From NCBI GenBank assembly GCA_965227515.1, contig CBDDFZ010000001.1, forward strand, positions 2,048,001 through 2,112,000: 64,000 nt of DNA, written 5' to 3'. How positions within the stretch are numbered: position 1 is the first letter of the stretch; each line of letters opens with the position of its first letter. The notes under the pieces were generated by a model. The model was not told the DNA's origin. It saw only the letters and a list, made by a program, of their open reading frames with translations, and made no database searches. Shown here in pieces: positions 1-8,914 of this stretch. This stretch comes from Alphaproteobacteria bacterium (GTDB lineage: Bacteria > Pseudomonadota > Alphaproteobacteria > CALKHQ01). The translations under genes were made by a program, and so were the position numbers.

Positions 1-1690
1 GGTCGTTGGCCTTGGCGCGGGCGAACGCCTGCTCCAGGTCGGCGATCGAGGTCACCTGCTCGGCCATCGCCCCCATCGCCTCGGCGTGCTTCACGAAGTC
101 GAACTCCACGAAACGTTCCTTGCGCACGGTCTCGTAGCGGTTGTTGAACTTGGCCCCGCCCTTGGCGGTCTGCAGCCGCTCGATCACCGAGAACCCACCA
201 TTGTCGCAGACGATGACGATCAGCTTGTGGCCGGTCAGCACAGTGGAATAGATGTCGCAGTTCATGAGCTGGTAGGAGCCGTCGCCCACCATCACCACCA
301 CGTCGCGGTCGTCGCCAAGCGCCATCTTGGTGCCCCAGCCGCCGGCGATCTCATAGCCCATGCAAGAGAAGCCGAACTCGCAGTCGAAGGTGTGGGCGGT
401 CTTGGCGCGCCAGTTCTGGCACAGCTCGCCCGGCAGGCCGCCGGCCGCGGTCAGCGCCAGGTCGGTCGGGTCGCAGATGCGGTTGATCGCGCCGACGACG
501 TGGGCATAGGTCGGCACTTCCTGGTTGGTCGGGCCGGAGACCTTGTCGACCAGCTCGTTCCACTCGCCATAGAGGCCGCGCGCCTTCGACATCCAGCCGT
601 CGGGCGCCTTCCAGTCGCCGAGGCCGGACGACAGCTCGGTCAGCCCGACCTGGGCGTCGCCCACCACCGGCAGAGAGCGGTGCTTGTGGGCGTCGAAGCG
701 GGCGGCGTTCAGCCCGATCAGGCGCACGTTCTCGTTGCCGAACACGCTCCACGAGCCGGTGGTGAAGTCCTGCAGCCGGGTGCCGACCGCCAGCACCACG
801 TCGGCCTCGGCCGCCAGCGCGTTCGACGACGAGGCGCCCAATACGCCCATCGGGCCGCAGTTGTTGGGGTGGTCGTGCTCCATCAGCGTGCGCCCGGCGA
901 TGGTCTCCACGACGGGCAGATTGTGCTGCTCGGCGAACGCGGTCAGTTCCGCCGCCGCGCCGGAATAGAAGACGCCGCCGCCGGCCACCACCAGCGGCTT
1001 CTTCGCCGACTTCAGCAGTTCGGCCGCCGCAACGAGTTGCTCGACGTCGGGGCGCGGGCGCGGAATGCGATGCACCATCTTCTCGAAGAACACCTCGGGG
1101 TAGTCGAACGCCTCGGCCTGGATGTCCTGGCAGAGCGCGATGAACGCCGGGCCGCAGTCGGCCGGGTCCAGCATGGTCGCCAGCGCCTGTGGCAGCGACT
1201 GGATGATCTGCTCCGGCCGGGTGATACGGTCCCAATAGCGGGTCACCGGCTTGAAGGCGTCATTCACCGACAGGGTCGGGTCGTAGAAGTTCTCCACCTG
1301 CTGCAGCACCGGGTCGGGCAGGCGGCTGGCGAACACATCGCCCGACAGCAGCAGGATCGGCAGCCGGTTGGCGTGGGCCGCACCCGCCGCGGTCACCATG
1401 TTCAGCGCACCGGGGCCGATGGACGACGCCGCGACCATGATCTGGCGGCGATGCTTGGCCTTGGCATAACCCATGGCGGCCAGCGCCATCGACTGCTCGT
1501 TCTGGCCGCGCCAGGTCGGCATCTGGTCCTGCACCGCCTCCAGCGCCTCGCCCAGGCAGGTGACGTTGCCGTGGCCGAAAATGGCGAAAACGCCCGGGAA
1601 CATCGGCGCTTCCTGCCCGTCGATCAGGGTGCGTTGCGCCACCATCCAGCGCACGACGGCCTGGGCCATGGTCAGTCGAACAGTCTTCAT
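1..1690 (-). CDS. iolD: 3D-(3,5/4)-trihydroxycyclohexane-1,2-dione acylhydrolase (ThDP-dependent); 3' end runs off the window
   Basis: Not in the ORF track. Manual translation of the minus strand from ATG 1690 (RBS GGAGG) gives MKTVRLTMAQAVVRWMVAQRT...GVFAIFGHGNV, later FDCEFGFSCMGYEIAGGWG and VGDGSY. Divergent from iolG. Confidence 0.93.
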   Translation of the reverse strand, partial: MKTVRLTMAQAVVRWMVAQRTLIDGQEAPMFPGVFAIFGHGNVTCLGEALEAVQDQMPTWRGQNEQSMALAAMGYAKAKHRRQIMVAASSIGPGALNMVTAAGAAHANRLPILLLSGDVFASRLPDPVLQQVENFYDPTLSVNDAFKPVTRYWDRITRPEQIIQSLPQALATMLDPADCGPAFIALCQDIQAEAFDYPEVFFEKMVHRIPRPRPDVEQLVAAAELLKSAKKPLVVAGGGVFYSGAAAELTAFAEQHNLPVVETIAGRTLMEHDHPNNCGPMGVLGASSSNALAAEADVVLAVGTRLQDFTTGSWSVFGNENVRLIGLNAARFDAHKHRSLPVVGDAQVGLTELSSGLGDWKAPDGWMSKARGLYGEWNELVDKVSGPTNQEVPTYAHVVGAINRICDPTDLALTAAGGLPGELCQNWRAKTAHTFDCEFGFSCMGYEIAGGWGTKMALGDDRDVVVMVGDGSYQLMNCDIYSTVLTGHKLIVIVCDNGGFSVIERLQTAKGGAKFNNRYETVRKERFVEFDFVKHAEAMGAMAEQVTSIADLEQAFARAKAND

Positions 1691-1905
1691 CGCTTCCTCC
1701 CGGCGCGCCTGAGGGCACGCTTGTCATTGCTTGGCGTCAGCGGGCGCGCATGCGGCCATGCGGCAAGCCCGACTGCCGCGTCCGCATAAATCTGCCGTGA
1801 CATGATCCCGTTGACCAGATATCAAATCAGCCCAATCCTACCAACGCAAAACGCAAGTGCCCCACCCCAAGGCTGTCGGGGCCAAATGGTTCTGGGAGGA
1901 ACGAC

Positions 1906-2904
1906 ATGGTGACCTTCGCCCAATTCGGCGCGGGCCGCATCGGCGCGATGCACGCGCGCAACCTGGCGCGTATGAACGGCATCGAGCTTGCCCACATCGT
2001 CGACGTCAATCCGGAAGCGGCCGGCCAGGTGGCGGCCGAGACCGGTGCCAAGGTCACGAACCGCGACGCCGCGCTGTCGGACCCGGATGTCGATGCAGTG
2101 CTGATCTGCTCGGCGACGCCGACCCACGTCGACCTGATGGTGGCGGCGGCAGCGGCCGGCAAGGCGGTGCTGTGCGAAAAGCCCATCGACCTGGATATCG
2201 CCCGCGCGCGCCAGTGCATCGAGGATCTGAAGGCCTATCCCGACGTGCCGGTGATGATCGGCTTCAATCGCCGCTTCGACCCGCACAATGCCGGCGTGCG
2301 CAAGGCGGTGGAGGCCGGCAAGGTCGGCGACGTGGAGCAGGTGATCATCACCAGCCGCGACCCTGGCCTGGCGCCGATGGCGTATCTGCGCGAGTCAGGC
2401 GGCATCTTCCGCGACATGATCATCCACGACTTCGACATCGCCCGCTGGCTGCTGGGCGAGGAGCCGGTGGAGGTATCCGCCACCGGCAGCCGGCTGGTCG
2501 ACCCGGGCCTGGCGGAGATCGACGATTTCGACACGGTCATGGTCACCATGCACACCGCCAGCGGCAAGCAGGTCTCGATCACCGGGTCAAGGCGCGCGAC
2601 CTATGGCTACGACCAGCGCATGGAGGTGCTGGGCTCGAACGGCATGGTGCACAACGGCAACGTGCAGGAGGCGCTGGCCCAGGTCTGGACCAAGGACGGC
2701 ATGCAGACCACGCCGTTGCTGAACTTCTTCATCGAGCGCTACGAGGCATCGTACCTGAACGAGATCAACCACTTCGTCGACGTGCTGCGCCATGGCGGCA
2801 AGCCCAGCGTGACCGCGCTTGACGGGTTGCGGGCGCTGCAGCTCGCCGAGGCGGCGACGGCGTCGGCTCACAATGGCGGCGCGCCCACGAAGGTGGAGCA
2901 GTAG
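1906..2904 (+). CDS. iolG: myo-inositol 2-dehydrogenase (Gfo/Idh/MocA)
   Basis: GAGRIG, CEKP, GFNRRFDP, SGGIFRDMIIHDFD, YGYDQR motifs; RBS GGAGG. Confidence 0.9.
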   Translation: MVTFAQFGAGRIGAMHARNLARMNGIELAHIVDVNPEAAGQVAAETGAKVTNRDAALSDPDVDAVLICSATPTHVDLMVAAAAAGKAVLCEKPIDLDIARARQCIEDLKAYPDVPVMIGFNRRFDPHNAGVRKAVEAGKVGDVEQVIITSRDPGLAPMAYLRESGGIFRDMIIHDFDIARWLLGEEPVEVSATGSRLVDPGLAEIDDFDTVMVTMHTASGKQVSITGSRRATYGYDQRMEVLGSNGMVHNGNVQEALAQVWTKDGMQTTPLLNFFIERYEASYLNEINHFVDVLRHGGKPSVTALDGLRALQLAEAATASAHNGGAPTKVEQ

Positions 2905-2925
2905 GGGGCACACATAAACCCCAAC

Positions 2926-3012
2926 CGTCATGCCCGCACTTGTTGCGGGCATCCACGTCTTGGCATCGGTTGAAAAAAGTCGTGGATGGTCGGGTCAAGC
3001 CCGACCATGACG
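2926..3012. repeat. CGTC-type REP doublet (REPIN-like), family A copy 1
   Basis: CGTCATGCCCGCACTTGTTGCGGGCATCCACG...CGTGGATGGTCGGGTCAAGCCCGACCATGACG; near-identical arms at 5482 and 63726. Confidence 0.85.
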
Positions 3013-3082
3013 AGCGAGTGAAGTGGCAAAGACGGGAACACTGGAAAAGGCAGCGGCAGCGCGCCAATCGGAGGACCGAAAA

Positions 3083-4522
3083 ATGTACGCAGATTACGGC
3101 CTTTACATCGACGGCGGTTGGCGCGGGGCCAACAGCGGTTCCACCTATCCGGTGATCGACCCGGCGACCGAGGAGGTGCTGGGCGAGGCGCCGGCGGCGC
3201 AGGACGACGACGTCGAGGCGGCGATCGCCGCCGCCGACAAGGGGTTCCAGGTCTGGCGCAACACCCAGCCGTGGGAGCGCTCCCGCCTGATCCGCCGCAT
3301 CGGCGAGCTGATGGAGGAGCGCAAGGAAGAGATCGCCACCTACATGACCCGCGAGATCGGCAAGCCGCTGGCGCAGGCGCGGATCGAGGTCAACATGTCG
3401 ATCGAGCAGTTCTACTGGTACGCCGAGGAGACCAAGCGCATCTACGGCCAGCTCGTCGAGCCGCGCGCGCCGAACACACGCATCATGGTGACCTACCAGC
3501 CGGTGGGCATCGTGGCCGCATTCTCCGCCTGGAACTTCCCGGCCGTGCTGTCGTGCCGCAAGATCGCACCGGCGCTGGCCGCCGGCTGCTCCATCATCGT
3601 GCGCCCGTCGGAAGAGGGGCCGGGTGCGGTGATGGCGATCGTGAAGTGCTGCGAGGATGCCGGCCTGCCGCCGGGTGTGGTCAACTTGCTGACCGGCAAG
3701 GCGCGTGTCATCTCCGCCAAGCTCCTGGAGTCCAAGAAGGTCCGCAAGATCTCGCTGACCGGCTCCACCGAAGTCGGCAAGCTGCTGATCAAGCAGTCGG
3801 CCGACACCGTCAAGAAGCTCTCCATGGAGCTGGGCGGCCATGCCCCGGTGATCGTGTTCGAAGACGCCGACGCCGAGAACGCCGCCGAGACGCTGGCCAC
3901 CGGCAAGTACCGCAATTGCGGCCAGGTCTGCGTGTCGCCGTCGCGCTTTTATCTGCATGAGTCGGTGAAGGACCGCTTCACCAAGCGCTTCGTCGAGGTG
4001 ACAAAGGCGCTGCGCGTCGGCAATGGCCTGGACGAGGGCGTCGATGTCGGGCCGATGGCGACCGCCAAGCGGCTGGCCGAGATCGAGGAGATGGTGGAGG
4101 ACACCAAGAAGGAGGGCGCGACCCTGCTGGCCGGCGGCCAGCGCCCGGCCGGCTTCAACCGCGGCTTCTTCTTCGAGCCAACCGTGTTCGACGACGTCAG
4201 CGACCAGGGCCGCCTGATGACCGAGGAGCCGTTCGGCCCGGTGGCGCCGCTGACCAGCTTCCGCGACTTCGATGAGGTGATGGAGCGCGCCAACTCGCTC
4301 GACATGGGACTGGCCAGCTACGTGTTCACCAAGTCGCAGAAATGGGCGCAGGCGGCGTCGGAGGCTATGGAGGCCGGCATGGTCGGCGTCAACACCATGG
4401 CGCTGGCGACCGCGGAGGCGCCGTTCGGCGGCATCAAGGAATCCGGGTTCGGCCGCGAGGGCGGCTCGCTCGGCATCAAGGACTATCTGGACGTGAAGCT
4501 GACCACGATGGTGTCGGTCTGA
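3083..4522 (+). CDS. NAD(P)-dependent aldehyde dehydrogenase, succinate-semialdehyde dehydrogenase (GabD)-like
   Basis: AWNFP, TGSTEVG, MELGGHAP, NCGQVC, EEPFGP, PFGGIKESGFGREGG. Start placed at ATG 3083 after GGAGG. Confidence 0.88.
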   Translation: MYADYGLYIDGGWRGANSGSTYPVIDPATEEVLGEAPAAQDDDVEAAIAAADKGFQVWRNTQPWERSRLIRRIGELMEERKEEIATYMTREIGKPLAQARIEVNMSIEQFYWYAEETKRIYGQLVEPRAPNTRIMVTYQPVGIVAAFSAWNFPAVLSCRKIAPALAAGCSIIVRPSEEGPGAVMAIVKCCEDAGLPPGVVNLLTGKARVISAKLLESKKVRKISLTGSTEVGKLLIKQSADTVKKLSMELGGHAPVIVFEDADAENAAETLATGKYRNCGQVCVSPSRFYLHESVKDRFTKRFVEVTKALRVGNGLDEGVDVGPMATAKRLAEIEEMVEDTKKEGATLLAGGQRPAGFNRGFFFEPTVFDDVSDQGRLMTEEPFGPVAPLTSFRDFDEVMERANSLDMGLASYVFTKSQKWAQAASEAMEAGMVGVNTMALATAEAPFGGIKESGFGREGGSLGIKDYLDVKLTTMVSV

Positions 4523-4647
4523 TCTGTTTCCAGCTTAGCTGACTCTGCACCGGCCCGCTCCCCCATCCGACCGCCCGCTGATCATACTGCCGTCGGGTGG
4601 CCGGGTGGGGGAGAGGGCCGGCGCCGACTAGATTGAAAGGTACCCTA
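4521..4647. repeat. MITE-like palindromic element, family B copy 1
   Basis: Long GC hairpin (ccggcccgctcccc...gggggagagggccgg) with flanks homologous to 21236-21364. Confidence 0.65.
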
Positions 4648-5447
4648 TGCGACCGAACAAATTGCGCGAGATCTGGGCCAAGGGCGGCGCCACGGTGAAT
4701 GGCTGGTGCGGCATCCCGTCGTCGTTCTCTGCCGAGACCATGGCCCATGCCGGCTGGGATTCGGTAACCGTCGACCTGCAGCACGGCCTGAACGACTACC
4801 AGGTCGCCGTCACCATGTTCCAGGCGATCAGCACCACCGACACCGTGCCGCTGTGCCGGGTGCCGTGGAACGAGCCCGGCATCGTCGGCAAGATGCTGGA
4901 TGCCGGCGCTTATGGCGTGATCTGCCCGATGGTCAACACGCCGGAGGATGCCGCCAAGTTCGCCGCCTACACGCACTATCCGCCGCTTGGCCAGCGCAGC
5001 TTCGGCCCGGTACGCGGGTTGCTGTACGGCGGTCCCGACTATGCGGTGCACGCCAACGACACCATCGTCGCCATCGCGCAGATCGAGACGCCGGAGGCGG
5101 TGGAGAACGTGGACGCGATCTGCGCCACGCCCGGCATCGACGCGGTCTACATCGGCCCGGCGGACCTGGCGCTCGGCTACGGCAAGAAGCCGGCCTTCGA
5201 CACCGAAGACCCAGAGATGCTGGACAAGTACAAGATCGTCATCGAGGCAGTGAAGAAGCACGGCAAGGTCGGCACCATGCACTGCGGCTCGGTCGACTAT
5301 GCGCTGCGCATGGTCGAGATGGGCTTCCAGATGACGACGATCCTGTCGGACGCGCGCATCATGGCGGCGTCTTCGGCGGCGATGGTGAAGGCGTTCAAGG
5401 ACGGCGGCAGTTCCGGCACCGCCACGCCCACCGGCAGCGGGTACTGA
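4647..5447 (+). CDS. HpcH/HpaI family pyruvate aldolase
   Basis: VDLQHG, RVPWN, LDAGAYGVICPMV, YPPLGQRSFGP, QIET, YIGPADL. Confidence 0.9.
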   Translation: MRPNKLREIWAKGGATVNGWCGIPSSFSAETMAHAGWDSVTVDLQHGLNDYQVAVTMFQAISTTDTVPLCRVPWNEPGIVGKMLDAGAYGVICPMVNTPEDAAKFAAYTHYPPLGQRSFGPVRGLLYGGPDYAVHANDTIVAIAQIETPEAVENVDAICATPGIDAVYIGPADLALGYGKKPAFDTEDPEMLDKYKIVIEAVKKHGKVGTMHCGSVDYALRMVEMGFQMTTILSDARIMAASSAAMVKAFKDGGSSGTATPTGSGY

Positions 5448-5481
5448 GGTTGGGCCACCCACCGTGCCCACTGCCCAACAT

Positions 5482-5589
5482 CGTCATGGTCGGGCTTGTC
5501 CCGACCATCCACGACTTCGCGATCGTAAGATCCGGGCTCATGCCTTCGGACTAAAGACGTGGATGCCCGCAACGAGTGCGGGCATGACG
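5482..5589. repeat. CGTC-type REP doublet, family A copy 2 (inverted, longer spacer)
   Basis: Arms are the reverse complement of those at 2926-3012, including the flanking aaaccccaac. Confidence 0.85.
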
Positions 5590-5655
5590 TTGGGGTTTGG
5601 ACGAGAGGGAGCTCTAAAAGGGCGGACACATGAACAAGAGCAAGGACACTGAGCC

Positions 5656-6624
5656 ATGTACCGGGTGGTGATGATCGGCCAGTTCCGGCCGGCGGGGCAC
5701 AAGCTGCTGGAGGGGCGGGGCGACATCAGCCTGGTCACGATCGACCATCCGACGGCCGGCGCGGTGTCGGCGGCGATGCCGGATGCGGACGCCATTGCGC
5801 TGCGCACCTTCCAGATGGACGCCGCGCTGTTGGATTCGGCGCCCAAGCTCAAGATCGTGGCCCGTCACGGCGTCGGCTACGACAATGTGGATTTGGCGGC
5901 GCTGACCCGGCGCAAGATCCCGCTCGCCGTCGTCGGTAACGTGAACGCGGTCACCGTGGCCGAGCACACGATGTTCTTCATCCTGTCGCTGGCCAAGCGG
6001 GGCGGTGCCTACGACCGCGCGGTGCGGCTGGGCAACTGGGCGCTGCGCGACGGCTTTTCCGCCAGCGAGCTGGACGGCAAGCGCCTGTTGATCTGCGGCT
6101 TCGGCCGCATCGGCCGCGAGGTCGCCAAGCGCGCCAGCGCGTTCGACATGAACCTGTCGGTCTACGATCCGTTCGTCGACGACGAGGCGATCGCGTCGGC
6201 CGGCGCGACGCCGGTGCGCGATCTGGCGGCGGGGCTGGCCGAGGCCGACTTCGTGACCCTGCACCTGCCGATGACCGACGACACCGCCAAGATGATCAAT
6301 GCCGAGACGCTGGCGGGCATGAAGCCGACCGCGCACGTCATCAACACCGCGCGGGGCGGGCTGGTGGACGAGGATGCGCTCTACCAGGCGCTTGCCGACG
6401 GCACCATCGCGGGCGCCGCGCTGGACGTGTTCGGCCAGGAGCCGCCGGCCGCCGGCCATCGCTTCTTCGAACTCGACAACGTGCTGTTGAGCCCGCACAT
6501 CGCCGGCCTGACCGCCGAGTGCGCCGACCGCATGGCCATCGCCACGGTGCGGAACGTGCTCAATGTGCTGGACGGCAAGCTCGACCCCAAGCTGGTGGTC
6601 AACCCGGAGGTGCTGCTCCGATGA
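5656..6624 (+). CDS. D-isomer-specific 2-hydroxyacid dehydrogenase (SerA-like)
   Basis: RHGVGYDNVD, VAEH, GFGRIG, INTARGGLVDE, AALDVF, SPHIAG. Confidence 0.9.
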   Translation: MYRVVMIGQFRPAGHKLLEGRGDISLVTIDHPTAGAVSAAMPDADAIALRTFQMDAALLDSAPKLKIVARHGVGYDNVDLAALTRRKIPLAVVGNVNAVTVAEHTMFFILSLAKRGGAYDRAVRLGNWALRDGFSASELDGKRLLICGFGRIGREVAKRASAFDMNLSVYDPFVDDEAIASAGATPVRDLAAGLAEADFVTLHLPMTDDTAKMINAETLAGMKPTAHVINTARGGLVDEDALYQALADGTIAGAALDVFGQEPPAAGHRFFELDNVLLSPHIAGLTAECADRMAIATVRNVLNVLDGKLDPKLVVNPEVLLR

Positions 6625-7796
6625 AGCGTCCGCTCAAGATCGGTCTGGTCGGCTCCGGTTTCATGGGCGCCTGCCATGCCAACGCCTTCCGCTCTGTCAG
6701 TGGCCTGTTCGACCTCCCGCTGGAGCCGGTGCTGGAGCTGATCGCCGACGTCGACGAGGCGGCGGCGCAGCGTGCGGCGGCGCGGTTCGGCTTCCGCCGG
6801 TCGACCGGCGACTGGCGCGAGCTGGTCAACGATCCCGAGATCGACGTGGTCGACATTACCGCGCCCAACGCGTTCCACTGCGAGATCGCGGTCGCGGCGG
6901 CGGAGGCCGGCAAGCACGTCTATTGCGAGAAGCCGCTCGGCAACACCCTGGAGGAATGCCACCGCATGGTGGCGGCGACCGACAAGGCGGGCGTGAAGAC
7001 CGCCATCGGCTTCAACTACATCAAGAACCCGATCATCGGCCTGGCGCGCGACATCGTGCAGTCCGGCGAAATCGGCGAGGTGGTGGGCTTTCGCGGCATC
7101 CATGCCGAGGACTACATGGTCAACCCGACCACGCCCTATAGCTGGCGCAACGAGCCGCCGGGCGGCGGCGTGATCGCCGACCTGGGCAGCCACATCACCG
7201 CGATGGCGCGGTTCCTGGTCGGCGACATCACCGAGGTCTGCGGCCAGCTCCACACCACGGTGAAGGAACGCCCGGTGGTGAAGGACGCCTCCACCATCCA
7301 GCTCATCGCCAGCGGCGCGATGGAGGCCGGGGAGTCGCTGGAAACCAAGGAATGCACCACCGACGACCAGGCCCGCTTCCTGTGCACGTTCAGCAACGGC
7401 GCCACCGGCTCCATCGAGGCGAGCTGGGTGGCCCAGGGCCGGGTGATGTACCTGGCGTTCGAGATGACCGGCACCAAGGGCACGGTGAACTTCAACGCCG
7501 AGCGCCTGAACGAGCTGGAGATAAGCACCAGCGGCCAGCCGCGCGGGCGCGAGGGCTTCCGCACCATCTGCGCCGGCCCGGTGCACGAGCCCTATGGTAA
7601 CTTCTGCCCGGCGCCGGGCCACCAGCTCGGCTTCAACGACCTGAAGGTGATCGAGGTCCGGGACCTGATCATGGGGCTGGCCGACGAAGGTTCCGCGCCC
7701 TGGCCGGACTTCAAGGAGGGGCTGACCGTGCAGACCGTGGTCGACACCGCCCGCCGCTCCGCCCAGGAACGCGCCTGGATGCAGGTGGAGGTTTAG
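6621..7796 (+). CDS. Gfo/Idh/MocA oxidoreductase (inositol/sugar dehydrogenase-like)
   Basis: ATGA overlap with the previous stop; GSGFMG, YCEKPL, DLGSH, GHQLGFNDLK. Confidence 0.88.
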   Translation: MKRPLKIGLVGSGFMGACHANAFRSVSGLFDLPLEPVLELIADVDEAAAQRAAARFGFRRSTGDWRELVNDPEIDVVDITAPNAFHCEIAVAAAEAGKHVYCEKPLGNTLEECHRMVAATDKAGVKTAIGFNYIKNPIIGLARDIVQSGEIGEVVGFRGIHAEDYMVNPTTPYSWRNEPPGGGVIADLGSHITAMARFLVGDITEVCGQLHTTVKERPVVKDASTIQLIASGAMEAGESLETKECTTDDQARFLCTFSNGATGSIEASWVAQGRVMYLAFEMTGTKGTVNFNAERLNELEISTSGQPRGREGFRTICAGPVHEPYGNFCPAPGHQLGFNDLKVIEVRDLIMGLADEGSAPWPDFKEGLTVQTVVDTARRSAQERAWMQVEV

Positions 7797-7804
7797 CCAC
7801 TTCT

Positions 7805-7931
7805 CCGCCGTCATCGCGAACCCGCGCCCAATTCTTGATTGGGGGCGGGTGTGGCGATCCAGGCGATTGTCGCGCGAAGGGGATAGACGCACTGGATTGC
7901 CGCGTCGCTCCGCTCCTCGCAATGACGGCGG
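7805..7931. repeat. CGTC-type palindromic repeat (GTCAT.GCG...CGCAATGAC class)
   Basis: Ends ccgccgtcat / atgacggcgg; internal hairpins and ggattgccgcgtcgctccgctcctcgcaatgac. Confidence 0.7.
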
Positions 7932-8090
7932 TGCTGCCCCCCCCCCTACCAACCGCATAGACTCCTGTCATTTCGGCGTTACACTTCGCCGGCAGGGTGG
8001 CCGCGTGTTTGGCGCTCGGGCTGCACGCGATGCAGCAAGCGGGGGCAAGGGGACCAGCGGCCTAAGCACGTCTAGGAAGGGAACCAGGAC

Positions 8091-8840
8091 ATGTACAAGA
8101 AACTTCTGACTGGAGCCGTTGCGCTCGGCCTGACGGTGGGGGCCGCCCAGGCGGCCGATCTGGAAGGCCGGGTGCTGAAGATCGGCTCCGACACCACCTA
8201 TCCGCCGATGGAGATGATCGATCCGGACACGGGCGAGATCATCGGCTTCGACGTCGATGTGGTGAACGCGATCTGCGAGCGCATCAATTGCACCGCCGAG
8301 TTCGTGACCACGGCGTGGGACGGCATCTTTGCGGCCCTGGTGCAGGGCGAGTTCGACATGGTCGTCTCCGGCGTGTCGATCACGCCCGAGCGCGACGAGA
8401 TCGTCGACTTCTCAGATCCCTATCTGGTGGTCAGTCAGGCGATCCTGATGCGCGTCGGCGACGAGGGCATGACGATCGAGGACTTCCAGGGCGGCAGCCT
8501 GCTCTCGGCGCAGACCGGCACCACCAACGCACAGTTGGCCGAGGATCTGGTGGGGCGCGAGAACATCCGCCTCTACGACACCTTCGTCTCCGCCGTGCTG
8601 GCGTTGCAGCAGGGCGACGTCGACGGCGTCATCATCGACGGCACCTCCGCGGTCGCCTACGAGCAGGAATTCGCCGGCGAGCTGACCGTGGGCATCGAGG
8701 GCCTGCAGGCCGATCCGCTGGGCCTGGTGTTCCAGGAGGGCGACCCGATGGTCGACGCCTTCAACGAGGGCCTTCAGATGATCATGGACGACGGCACCCA
8801 TGCCGAGCTGGTGGCCAAATACTGGGGCACCGAGGAATAG
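8091..8840 (+). CDS. polar amino-acid ABC transporter substrate-binding protein (SBP_bac_3)
   Basis: Signal peptide ending AQA; TYPPME, GFDVD, WDGIFAAL..GEFD, ITPER, FSDPY. Confidence 0.92.
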   Translation: MYKKLLTGAVALGLTVGAAQAADLEGRVLKIGSDTTYPPMEMIDPDTGEIIGFDVDVVNAICERINCTAEFVTTAWDGIFAALVQGEFDMVVSGVSITPERDEIVDFSDPYLVVSQAILMRVGDEGMTIEDFQGGSLLSAQTGTTNAQLAEDLVGRENIRLYDTFVSAVLALQQGDVDGVIIDGTSAVAYEQEFAGELTVGIEGLQADPLGLVFQEGDPMVDAFNEGLQMIMDDGTHAELVAKYWGTEE

Positions 8841-8914
8841 GCCAGTCTCAGGGTCCCGGCGCGCGCTGGGGCCCTGATTTCCTTTGGGCGTCATGACAAT
8901 CGACCGGCAGTGAT

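Noticed and set aside
86-1789. 567-aa plus-strand ORF, and similar long antisense ORFs over ureC, GH15, amidase, degP and frmA
   Set aside because: Shadow ORFs of real genes in a high-GC genome; no motifs. The real gene here is iolD on the minus strand.
1691-1905. IolR operator in the iolD/iolG divergent region
   Set aside because: No convincing GGAA-N-TTCC-type palindrome found by eye.
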